Source: Tetramitus jugosus (lineage: Eukaryota; Protista; Heterolobosea). From it: a DNA stretch of 64,000 bases. The DNA lies in the NCBI GenBank assembly GCA_937625935.1, contig OW569381.1, forward strand, positions 310,001 to 374,000. Reading direction: 5' to 3'. The number at the start of each line of letters is the position of its first letter. Positions within the stretch are counted from its first letter, which is position 1. The notes under the pieces are model-generated. The model saw nothing but the letters and a program-made list of their open reading frames with translations, was not told the DNA's origin and ran no database searches. Of the stretch, positions 35,150-46,173 are shown one piece after another. The translations under genes and the position numbers were made by a program.

Positions 35150-35878
35150 GGCAATATCTCGCGGTATCACGAAAAGCATTAGGGATTGGAAAGGTTTGGG
35201 GATTGATACCACTCGATGGAGTTGACCTCAGAAGCCGTTGCCGACGCTCAATGCATCAAACCTCGCGTTTCCTCGCATTTCTCATCCGCGGAAATTTCTT
35301 GTATTTGATGATGAGCATGATGGAATCCGAGGTCAAGCACCACCAAATAAGCTCACCTTTCAAATATGGTTCACTCGAGGTGTCTGAACTATTTTGCGAT
35401 GATAGACCGAACCATTATGCGTCGCTCTAATCGAGAAGCGGTTGATATAGCGCGTGTCAAGGTAGAAGTCTCTCGACACAAAGGAATGGAGTGGCTCACA
35501 TGAGAGCTTCACAACATGAAGCGCTAATTGTGGCACGACCTGTTCTCCGGATAGGTCTTGAACACAATCAATGACTTGAATTATTTGTTGTTTGATGCCA
35601 TCTCCAGTATGTGACAATGAGCAATATCTCTACTTGTGGGCATGTATCCATATGAAGAGGTTTGGGAATGGATCACTCGACGGACTGCTGCCGAATGCAT
35701 CAAACCTCGGGTTCGGTATACCATGCTGAACGTTTCGGTTGAGTGCCGTCGGTGTTTTGTCTCTTTTTGGATAAACAGTGTTGCGCTTGAAGTAAATCGC
35801 CCGAAGCGAATAGAGAAACATTCATCCTGTCGAGACCCGACGACGTCAATAAGCTGTCCCAGACCCATAAAACTCTAA
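35150..35878 (+). pseudogene. Degenerate duplicated element, probably a decayed coding remnant, in a long divergent intergenic region
   Basis: Blocks GCAATATCTC, AGGTTTGGG, CACTCGA.GGA and ATGCATCAAACCTCG recur about 450-470 bp apart; the frame from 35399 reads protein-like but has 5 in-frame stops. Confidence 0.35.
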
Positions 35879-36132
35879 CATAAGGAACACTAGGTAATAC
35901 AGGGTCGAGGTGATCGTTAGATTCAACTGCACTCCATCATCTTGTTCTTGTGGTGTTTTGTGGCCAATTGTTTCACATGCCGAAAAGAACAAAAGAAACC
36001 ATGTCGGTGAATATCAATTCGATTGTTGTAAACTTTCTGAAAGCCCGAGGTTCAACATAAAAAACCCCTCATCTTTTCGCTTTCTTTCACAACATTGAAA
36101 CAAACCCTCGTACAGAATACTCAAGAAGAACA

Positions 36133-38148
36133 ATGGAAGGCGATCCTCACCAACTCCATCATTCATTTGGTGCCCCACCACCAACGAATTACACCTCCAA
36201 TGAAGCACCTCCACAGCAATATTATCATCCTCCAGCACCACACGACCACCATCAACATCACATAGGACATCAAGAACAATATTACCATCATCAGCATCAT
36301 GATAATCAAGAAAATCATCATTATCACCACAACAATTATCACTATTCCCACGACAATCACAATGGTCATCATCATCACTACGAACTTGACCAAGTAGAGC
36401 ACTATGAAGAAAGAGAAGGAGATGCAGCAGTCGAACAAGAGAACAATGATGGTCCATACCATCCCACAGTCAACATTAGACAATATTTGCAAACTTTCAA
36501 CAATGAAGATGAAGTGTCAAGGCATACATACAGTACGGACCGGTTTGCAGTGATGAACCCAGAGGATCAATCCGTGTTTGTTGCTTATATCTTGATTAGC
36601 ACGAGTCGTTTGAAGAGAATTTTGAGAAATTTACAAAATGTGACTCAATCTGTCGCGATTGCAGTTCTTCAAGCGGCGGAAATGGAAGAAATAGATTTCC
36701 AGGCTTTTGTGCCATTGTTTACCGAGTGGAAAGTTCTCTCTGAGGCCCAACAATTGAGAGATGTATTCCTTAAGGATCCATCACATCAAATGACAGCAGG
36801 AACAATGGATCACATGATGAATCAAGGTGAGAATCATGGTGGTGATTCAATGATGGATGATCGACGATCATCAGAAGATGGTCCTCCATCAAAGAGAAGA
36901 AGGTTGTTGCTCAAGGAACCTGGAGAGAAAACAAAGATGACTGATGATATCGATATGGAGAGAAACTCGATTCGAATTATTGTTAATGACTACTTGCATT
37001 ATATCGATACACAGGGACCAACTTCATTTGATGATATGCGCGACGGTGTTGTCGAAAGTTTCCAATACCATCCTGCAGCATCCATGAAGCTTTTTAATAG
37101 AGCGTTGGCCAAGAATCGATTTTCGTTCTGTACCTATGTTCACACGATGGAGCCATATAGACAAACTGGACAAAAGTTGGACTGTGTAAAATCCTTGAGA
37201 TATGGTAATTATTTGAGTGAATATGAGGCTGAACAAGTGGAGCAAGAGATTGAAGAACACATTAGGAAAATGGGCATACACTATGGTAAGGACCTGAATG
37301 AAGAGAGTCCAGAAGTGCAGAGTAACACCCTGTACAAGTTATTGAAGAGAAATTGGAGAGAACACAGAGCAAATCATTACATTTATGAGGGATTGATTCA
37401 TTTCTTCTCAGATGGTTCTGTTGACGAAATGATACAGTCGTTCGCAACTTCTCTTGAATATGACAACGAAAGCATCTATGGATATTGTAATTTGGGTGTG
37501 TTGAGAGGTTTCAATATTGATGGCTCTCCTGAGATTTGTCAAGAGGGTATTAGGCTTTTAGAACGTGGTGTTGCGCTGTGCACTATTAGGGATGAGAAGA
37601 CGATAAAGAGTTTCCTGCATCACACCATTGCTCAAATCTATATGAGATTGACTGATATGGATACAGCTTTGACTTACACAATCTATTCATTAGAAGCAAA
37701 CCCATTAATGAATTTGGCTTATCTTGATAGAAATTCCATATTCAAGGCATTAGGTCGATGGGATGAAGCTTTAGCAGACAATGACATTCTCGTTCAGATG
37801 GAGCCTGAAACTGATTTTGAAAAATCCAATGTTTTTTGCAATAGAGCAATTCTTCTTCAAAGATTGAATCGTGGAGAGGACATGAGAGAGGCTCTAATTC
37901 GATCATTAGAAATTGACTCCAGCAATTCGTTCGCCTACTCTATGCTATCAAGGCTTTATGTAGCAAGTAATGATCAAGAAATGTTTGAGCTTCTAAAGGA
38001 CAGGGTCACCCCAAAGGAACATCTACATATTAGGCAATACCTTCAACATGTGTCCACATCATACACCAATTTTGGACAGACTGCAGAAGCCCAACAATAT
38101 GCAGATGTACTGGCAAAGTATGATCAAACTCACTTCAGAGTCGAGTGA
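36133..38148 (+). CDS. TPR-repeat protein with His-rich N-terminus and NLS
   Basis: TPR-like AYLDRNSIFKALGRWDEALADND and VFCNRAILLQRLNRGEDMREALIRSLEIDSSN; PPSKRRRL. Confidence 0.75.
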   Translation: MEGDPHQLHHSFGAPPPTNYTSNEAPPQQYYHPPAPHDHHQHHIGHQEQYYHHQHHDNQENHHYHHNNYHYSHDNHNGHHHHYELDQVEHYEEREGDAAVEQENNDGPYHPTVNIRQYLQTFNNEDEVSRHTYSTDRFAVMNPEDQSVFVAYILISTSRLKRILRNLQNVTQSVAIAVLQAAEMEEIDFQAFVPLFTEWKVLSEAQQLRDVFLKDPSHQMTAGTMDHMMNQGENHGGDSMMDDRRSSEDGPPSKRRRLLLKEPGEKTKMTDDIDMERNSIRIIVNDYLHYIDTQGPTSFDDMRDGVVESFQYHPAASMKLFNRALAKNRFSFCTYVHTMEPYRQTGQKLDCVKSLRYGNYLSEYEAEQVEQEIEEHIRKMGIHYGKDLNEESPEVQSNTLYKLLKRNWREHRANHYIYEGLIHFFSDGSVDEMIQSFATSLEYDNESIYGYCNLGVLRGFNIDGSPEICQEGIRLLERGVALCTIRDEKTIKSFLHHTIAQIYMRLTDMDTALTYTIYSLEANPLMNLAYLDRNSIFKALGRWDEALADNDILVQMEPETDFEKSNVFCNRAILLQRLNRGEDMREALIRSLEIDSSNSFAYSMLSRLYVASNDQEMFELLKDRVTPKEHLHIRQYLQHVSTSYTNFGQTAEAQQYADVLAKYDQTHFRVE

Positions 38149-38191
38149 TGGATGTCATTGGCCATAACTTTGACCTAATTTGTATTAGGCA

Positions 38192-38818
38192 CTAATTTCT
38201 GGCTGTCTGATAAACGACCCCTTGGGCCTTCTTGCATATAAAAACATAATGATAACTAACATCATCATCCAGAGGTACATTGAGTAGGCCAGGCTTGGAT
38301 ATTGCTTCCACAGCTACGCTCCACTCATATTCTATCCTCTCCAACAAACGTAATTTGGTTTCTGAGTGATTTGTTGCAATCAAAAGGAAAACACCACCAG
38401 GCCTGAGTGTTTTATAGATTTGAGCAATTGCCCTCTCTCCATGCTTTTGAGATTCATCGGAGCACATTATCGAGTCGAGACATGCTTTGTCTATTATTGC
38501 ATCAAATGAACCCGTAGCAAATGACATGTCCTCAACATTCATCTCCATATAGTTAATTCCAAATCTGTTCGAATGTTTCTCTTTCAGAACAGATATGAGA
38601 GAAGCTGAAAAATCAATGTTCGTTATATCGCTCCAGCCTTCGTTGTTCATTTGAACAGCAAGTTCAGAGCTTCCACAACCAACATGCAATACCTTTGCGT
38701 GTTTTGGAATATTACTCGATATAAAACCCTTAATATCATCATAGGACTGAAACCATTCAAAGGAGTCACTACTTTTTTGATATCTTTCGTCCCAATATTC
38801 CTTTTGAGAGTACTGCAT
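38192..38818 (-). CDS. Class I SAM-dependent methyltransferase (EEF1AKMT4/METTL13 N-terminal-like)
   Basis: YSQKEYWDERY...FEWFQSY; VLHVGCGSSEL; ITNIDFS; FDAIIDKACLDSI; LRPGGVF. Confidence 0.88.
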   Translation of the reverse strand: MQYSQKEYWDERYQKSSDSFEWFQSYDDIKGFISSNIPKHAKVLHVGCGSSELAVQMNNEGWSDITNIDFSASLISVLKEKHSNRFGINYMEMNVEDMSFATGSFDAIIDKACLDSIMCSDESQKHGERAIAQIYKTLRPGGVFLLIATNHSETKLRLLERIEYEWSVAVEAISKPGLLNVPLDDDVSYHYVFICKKAQGVVYQTARN

Positions 38819-38937
38819 GCCGGTTGATAATCTGGTTCGTTTTTCCGTAATCCAATGTTTGGCGCCATCAAATGAAACAGCAAATTACGGGATCATCTTC
38901 AATTGAAAAATATTGAAAGATTGAAGAAGTTTTAGCT

Positions 38938-40522
38938 ATGGTAGGTATTGATTCTCTAATGAAAAAATCGAAGGATGAGAACTAACAATGAGTTGGTGAC
39001 CTAGTCTCACTTTGAAAGAACTATTCAAAAGAGAAGAGAACAAGAATACGCTGTTCAATCCATAAAAAAGGACTTGAATCAGAGGGTATTGAATCAAAGC
39101 TATGTAAACAGTGAAGATAAGGTTCACCGAATGAGAATTAAAAAGCGAATTGATGATTACCATAAAACTTTGGCTGAGGAAGAAGAATGGGAGAAAACTA
39201 AGAGAGAAAGGGAACTGAGAGAAAAACTCCTGATTCAGGAAGAGAAAATTGCAAACGAACTTGAGAGAAGAAAGAATGAGAAAGTTAGAAGAGAGAAGAT
39301 GATCCAAAGGGTAAGAGAGGAGAGTGAAGAATTGAGAGAGCTTGAGGCGAAACTCAAGAATGCTTACGTAAACTTGGAGAGAGAACACCAACTGGAGGAG
39401 AAAAAGAGAATCGAGGAAAGGGAAAGACAGTACGAAGAAACGATGGTTGAAGAAATGGAAAGAGAGAGAAGATCTATAATTGAGAAATTGAAAATAATGG
39501 AAGAAGAAAAACGAGTGAAGTCAATGAATGCAAAACAAGTATTGCAAGAACAAATTGACCAGAGAGAGAAAGATAAAGAACTGGCATACGAACAATTCTT
39601 ACGCGAAAAGATGTTGGTGGATGACTTAGTAAGGCAAGAAGCAGAAAAAGAAGAACTGTATGTATACACTAGTTAGCTTCTATGTAGAGCTTAAGTAATT
39701 CAGATCTAATCAACAAAATACAGAGAGCAACAAGAACTTCAGAGAAAGAGGGATGATGAGAAGCGATTTGTTGAACAGTATCTTTATGATAGAGAAGAAT
39801 GGAAGAGAAGAGAGCGACTACAACTTGAAGAGGAGGACCAGATGATTAGAAACTATAAGAAGGAAGTCAACAATCGTCTGGAAGAGGAAAGGTTGAGACG
39901 TCAAGAGAGACTCGATCAGAGAAACAAAATTTTGGAAGACCAGAGCAAAGAACTAGCTCAAAGGAGATTAGAGGAAGAACAATTAGAGGAAATGTTAAAT
40001 GAATTGTATAAAGAAGAGCAAGAAGAGAGGGCAAGGATGAGGGAGCTCGCTGAAAAGGAGAAACAACTTCGTCAGAGAGAAGAGATGATCCAAGCGAATG
40101 AATATCAGAAACAATTGAAAATGCAATTACTTGAGCAAGAGAAGAGAGAAGAGGAATTATTCAGGCAAATGATGATGGAGAAGTTTGAAGATGATGAGAG
40201 AATAGCTCAATTAGGAGCGCAGCGGAGACATCAAAAGATGATTGAATTTAGAAGGGATGTTGAAAACTTGATGACAGAAAGAAGAAGAATGAGAGAGCTA
40301 GAGAGGGAGAACGAGATGGCAGAGTATGAACAAGAACAGAGAGAAAAGGCAAAGAAGAAAGCAATTATCGAACAAGAAAGAAAACGGTTGATACAAGAAC
40401 ATGTGACAAAGATTATGAAGTATCTTCCGAAAGGAGTCCTCTCAAAAAAGGATTTGGATTTGTTGCCCGATGACGTGAAGGAACAATTCTTGAAATCATT
40501 CAACGATCCATTTGGCTACTAG
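38938..40522 (+). CDS. MNS1: Meiosis-specific nuclear structural protein 1 (ciliary microtubule inner protein); exons 38938-38940, 39005-39657, 39724-40522
   Basis: VREESEELRELEAKLKNAY; AYEQFLREKMLVD; KFEDDERIAQLGAQRR; IIEQERKRLIQEH...YLPKGVL; introns 38941-39004 and 39658-39723 restore the frame. Confidence 0.9.
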
Positions 40523-40568
40523 CAAAACTTAACAATGTGATACAAGAAGATTAAAACAATGTACTTTA

Positions 40569-41444
40569 TTACAGGAATCCACCCTTCCTTTGATGAGCAT
40601 TCTTCTCCTGTGATTCCAACAAAATATTGAGTCTTTCCAATAGAGACATACCAATTTTCCTGGCAACTTGCAACATCTTGTTCAGTTCACTAGGATTGAT
40701 ACCTGATGCAGCACCACCACCCTTCTGTATAGAACAAATATTGCCCTTGGAATTGATGGCAATGGTAATCCTGGACTCCATGCACAATTCTTCTTGGAAC
40801 GATGGATCCACAATATACTTTGTTCCCACTTTGGCCATTGTTATACTGATAGGTACGTTGGATGTGTTCAACTTTGAGAAATCAGAAGGATCATCACTCA
40901 CTTCAATCTCCGTCATTCCATTCTCCAACTCGATCACTTCAATTTTGGGTACTTTTGTGTTGAATAACGCAGATTTGACAGCAATCGCAAGTGCATCCAA
41001 CAAATTACCACTCGAATCCAACACCAAACAATCGACATAAACGATCCAACACTGTCTTCCAGGTGTTATGCACAGAGACTTCCAATCAATAGCAAACGAA
41101 TTCTTAATCAAATTACTCAACGTAGCAGCCAACGTTGCATTCAACTCCTCTGCACCTCTGCCTTCAAACTCTGGACTCGCACTGGGCAAGCACTCCACAT
41201 GCACTTGTAAAATGCCTTGATCAGGAAAATCAGAATTGACTTCTCCGACTTCGACCTTGATACCGACGAGAACATCAGTGTGTTGACCGAGTTTGACACG
41301 AGCAGAACCATTGGTCTGTGATTGAACACTTGTTTCAACGTTGAATTGTCTATAGTCCAAGCGAGATCTTCCATCGTTTCTCATGTTTTGTTCGATTCCA
41401 CTAATGACGAACCGTTGTTCAGACTGGGAGATTTTGGATGCCAT
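40569..41444 (-). CDS. EXOSC7: Exosome core subunit RRP42 (RNase PH family)
   Basis: ISQSEQRFVISGIEQNMRNDGRSRLDYR; TNGSARVKLG; LCITPGRQCWIVYVDCLVL; ATG at 41444. Confidence 0.92.
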   Translation of the reverse strand: MASKISQSEQRFVISGIEQNMRNDGRSRLDYRQFNVETSVQSQTNGSARVKLGQHTDVLVGIKVEVGEVNSDFPDQGILQVHVECLPSASPEFEGRGAEELNATLAATLSNLIKNSFAIDWKSLCITPGRQCWIVYVDCLVLDSSGNLLDALAIAVKSALFNTKVPKIEVIELENGMTEIEVSDDPSDFSKLNTSNVPISITMAKVGTKYIVDPSFQEELCMESRITIAINSKGNICSIQKGGGAASGINPSELNKMLQVARKIGMSLLERLNILLESQEKNAHQRKGGFL

Positions 41445-41582
41445 GTTGTGTCGTCTTCTCTCTCTTCTCTTATTGTTGTTACTTGTTGTTGCTTGTGCTT
41501 TTTTCTGGGTGAGCGTGTTCAATGAAAAACGTGAACAAAAAAAAAACACCACATAGCATTTTCCACTGAAAATCCACACAGC

Positions 41583-42455
41583 ATGAGTAGCAGCCACAAG
41601 AGACCATCAATCAGAGAACAGTCACTGTCGACGGGAAACGATCTCAAGAACAACAACAACAGTGGAAGCACCCATCATCATGATGATCTGAATTGCGAAC
41701 AACTACTGACTACATTTGTCAATGAAGCTCTGCTGGTTCAATTGAAAAAATGGAGTGATCAGTGGACACAAGTGTGCATCGAGGGCAACGAACTCTTGTC
41801 CAGCATGTGTTCACTCGTTATTGAATCACAGTATTGTGAGAGTCCGTACTGGGGTGTGTTGACTCATCAGAAACCGATGCGAACTCTGTTGTCGCGAAAG
41901 CTCTTTCAACAAAAATCATCGGGCATGACCGATTTGAATCAAATGGTGCACCTCACGTTGAAAACCATGTTGAATCAACTGACAGATTGTATTCACCAGT
42001 GTGAACAAAATAGAGTGAAATGGATACAGAGCTTTATGAACAAGGAACTACTGAAGAACAAGACAAGGATGCAAGAGCTAACAGAGTTGTCTTCATCGTG
42101 TGAGTCCATGATTCGTCAAATGAAGGCCATTCGAAGTACGTTTGAGAATGATTGGAACATGAAGGCAATGATTGTATCAGAGGTAAAGCTTTTGGTCACT
42201 CGGGGTCACAATTGTATTGATAATGAAGAGCCATCAACAAAGAATGTGGACAACAAGGATATTGCAATATCTGGATCAGGTATGACAAGTAGTGATAGTG
42301 GTGTGCTTGTGAGCAATAGTGGTGAAGAGGATGATGATCTTCCTCCACTCTCTCAACAGAGATTGATTTTCTTTGTTCAATCATGGAAGCTGCAGCCATA
42401 CATTTCTCAAGAATTATCTCACTGTATGAGCGAGCTGAAAAAATTGATACTGTAA
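41583..42455 (+). CDS. Helical protein, CINP/C1orf109(AIRIM)-like
   Basis: W..VCIEGNELLSSMCSL; RKLFQQ; FENDWNMKAMIVSEV; FFVQSWKLQPYI resembles the CINP C-terminal SMWLHQPYV motif (by eye). Confidence 0.5.
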   Translation: MSSSHKRPSIREQSLSTGNDLKNNNNSGSTHHHDDLNCEQLLTTFVNEALLVQLKKWSDQWTQVCIEGNELLSSMCSLVIESQYCESPYWGVLTHQKPMRTLLSRKLFQQKSSGMTDLNQMVHLTLKTMLNQLTDCIHQCEQNRVKWIQSFMNKELLKNKTRMQELTELSSSCESMIRQMKAIRSTFENDWNMKAMIVSEVKLLVTRGHNCIDNEEPSTKNVDNKDIAISGSGMTSSDSGVLVSNSGEEDDDLPPLSQQRLIFFVQSWKLQPYISQELSHCMSELKKLIL

Positions 42456-42519
42456 GTGCGCGAGGTTTCCCGCTCATCTTAAACAAAAAAGTGACTACGG
42501 ACACAAAGACGCTGCAAGA

Positions 42520-43215
42520 ATGAGCTCTGTCAAATTGCCCCCTCTCCATTCGAGATCACTCCCACCACTGTCCTCATCCTCGACTACACATGCTTCTCCA
42601 TCGACTAGTAATATCAATAATGTGTCAACTTCATCAAAGTTAAACTCATCTGATCAAGGATTTAGAATGTAAGTGTGCATTTTGTCTCTTTCCAAATGGC
42701 ACAATCAAAAGATCACTATGAATATTAACATTCCCTCACTCTCTAGCAATTGGATGAATATGAGTTCAGGAGGAAAGGAAATATGGAAAGAAAACTTCTC
42801 ACACCTCGATATATTTGATAACGAGAGAGTGATCGATATTCATGTTCCAAAGGAGATTCTCTCGTGCAAACAAGTTGCTCGTGAAATTAACTTCTCTTCT
42901 CAAAATATGATCAAGCAACTGCGTCTTGTACAACACATCAAACTTCATGGAAATACAAGTAAGTGCTTCGCTTTTAAACTCTTGAAATAGACTAAGAAAA
43001 CAATGTATCTAACTATGATATGGATAGTTGAACACTGGATATTTGAATTTGGCTTTGTGATTCCAAATAGTACCAACACTTGGCAGAACATTGTGGACGC
43101 GGGTACGTCTGTTCTTCCGAGCAATATTCTTTCTGGCAATGTGATCATCGAGACAAGTTTCTTTGATGGAAGTGAATTCATTGGACAATGTAATGTACGA
43201 GTGTATTATGTATAG
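42520..43215 (+). CDS. PDE6D: PDE6 delta prenyl-binding protein; exons 42520-42668, 42747-42958, 43028-43215
   Basis: GFRI|NWMNM; VPKEILSCKQVAREINFSS; EHWIFEFGFVIPNSTNTWQ; two GTAAGT...TAG introns restore the frame. Confidence 0.92.
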
Positions 43216-43373
43216 TGAAAAACATAAACTGTTTATGGATTGGCCCTTGACAAAGATCTTAGCCAAGGTTACCAAATTGTATTCATATCTGTAAGTCAGT
43301 TCAAAATAAAGGAGCCAAGATACATTGAATGTGTGATATGGACTTTGTACCATGAGCTTTGCTTTAGATCATT

Positions 43374-44889
<1,516 letters not shown>

Positions 44890-45315
44890 TTTGATGTTGT
44901 TGGTGTTGTTGTGTATTTAGTATTGGGTGAGCTTAGATTTGTGTGTATGGGTTGTTTGATATGGAGAATAATAATCGCTGAACCCAAAATTGTTGATTGT
45001 TTTTTTTTGATTCTGTGTGGACAGAAATGCGCGCTCTTCCACCATCTACTGTCCCTTCAATGAATCCATTGAACTTGAGAAACAAGATACAAAAGAAGAG
45101 GAACTCCACAGATCCAAGCTCTTCTGTTCGTACTACCATTCTTGTTGTGTTCAACTGCAAATGCAATGTTTTTGATCACAACTCCGCACACTTCAACAAA
45201 TCTGGCTTCTTGTTGAAGGAAAAATTCCGAACATCCGCTTCGATCCAAGAGCTTCCTGGTGGTTCAGAAAAAAACCCACTCAACAACATTATCACAACAA
45301 CACACAATACACACA

Positions 45316-45927
45316 ATGGATTTCGAGAGAATTGGAAAGGCATTTGCTGAGCACTACTACAACGTCTTTGATCAAAACAGACAAAACTTGGCCCCACTCT
45401 ATGTAACGTATCTCATTTCCACAGCTACACACCCGGATGTGACTGTTTTTTAAAGATTCTATCCACAATTGTGTCTCTGAGTTGATTTTGTACCTCAGTT
45501 GAGTTGATAGACTGACACCACTTTTTTTCTCTTTTCGGATGATGCTCTATATGACTAACTACATACGCACATGTCATGTGTGCAACATGAACGAATACAT
45601 ACCATCGATTTGGACATGACCTCCGACACAAACATATATTAATCAACAAAACAGCAAGAGCAAAGCTTGATGACATGGCAAGGTGAAAAGATTCAAGGAA
45701 GAGTCAACATTTTGAAGAAGCTCGCTGAACTTCCATTCAGAACTGTCAAGCACGACATCCTTGATATTGACTCTCATCCATCTGTCAGTGAAGGTGTCAT
45801 TGTTTTCGTCAATGGATTCATTAAGACTGATGACGATCCAGAACACAGATTCAGTGAAGTTTTCCACTTGGTTGCCGCCAACAACTCATTCTTTGTGACC
45901 AACCACATGTTCAGACTTCAAGTCTAA
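45316..45927 (+). CDS. NUTF2: Nuclear transport factor 2; exons 45316-45402, 45655-45927
   Basis: MDFERIGKAFAEHYYNVFDQNRQNLAPLY|QEQSLMTWQGEKIQG...FSEVFHL...FFVTNHMFRL. Confidence 0.93.
45458..45520 (+). ncRNA. Candidate intronic H/ACA-type hairpin RNA
   Basis: Lower stem TCTATC/GATAGA, internal pocket, upper stem CTGAG/CTCAG, ACA 16 nt after the upper stem; lies in an unusually long (252-nt) intron. Confidence 0.3.
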
Positions 45928-46173
45928 GTATCTTGATCATGTCGAATAAACACCCAAAAACTGAATATCCCGAATGTGCTTACGGAGTTATTGCTTTTGA
46001 GCGGCATAGAAACGAACTACAGTTTTTTTTGGGAGGGAACAAGAACAATTGAACTGCAGAACAACGGTGAGAGTGCTGAATCGATTCTGAATTACAAACA
46101 TCTCACACAAACGCGTTTTTCGCACGACCACCGATAGCACCTGTTGTAAAAGTTTTGTCGCACTATTGTCATC

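Noticed and set aside
43255-43266. 12-nt match to the U2 snRNA 5' region (TTGGCTAAGATC on the minus strand)
   Set aside because: No branch-recognition GTAGTA, Sm site or adjacent D box; compatible with chance
45403-45424. Possible 22-nt mini-intron in NTF2 (GTAACG...CACAG)
   Set aside because: Leads to a stop within six codons; the 45654 acceptor restores canonical NTF2
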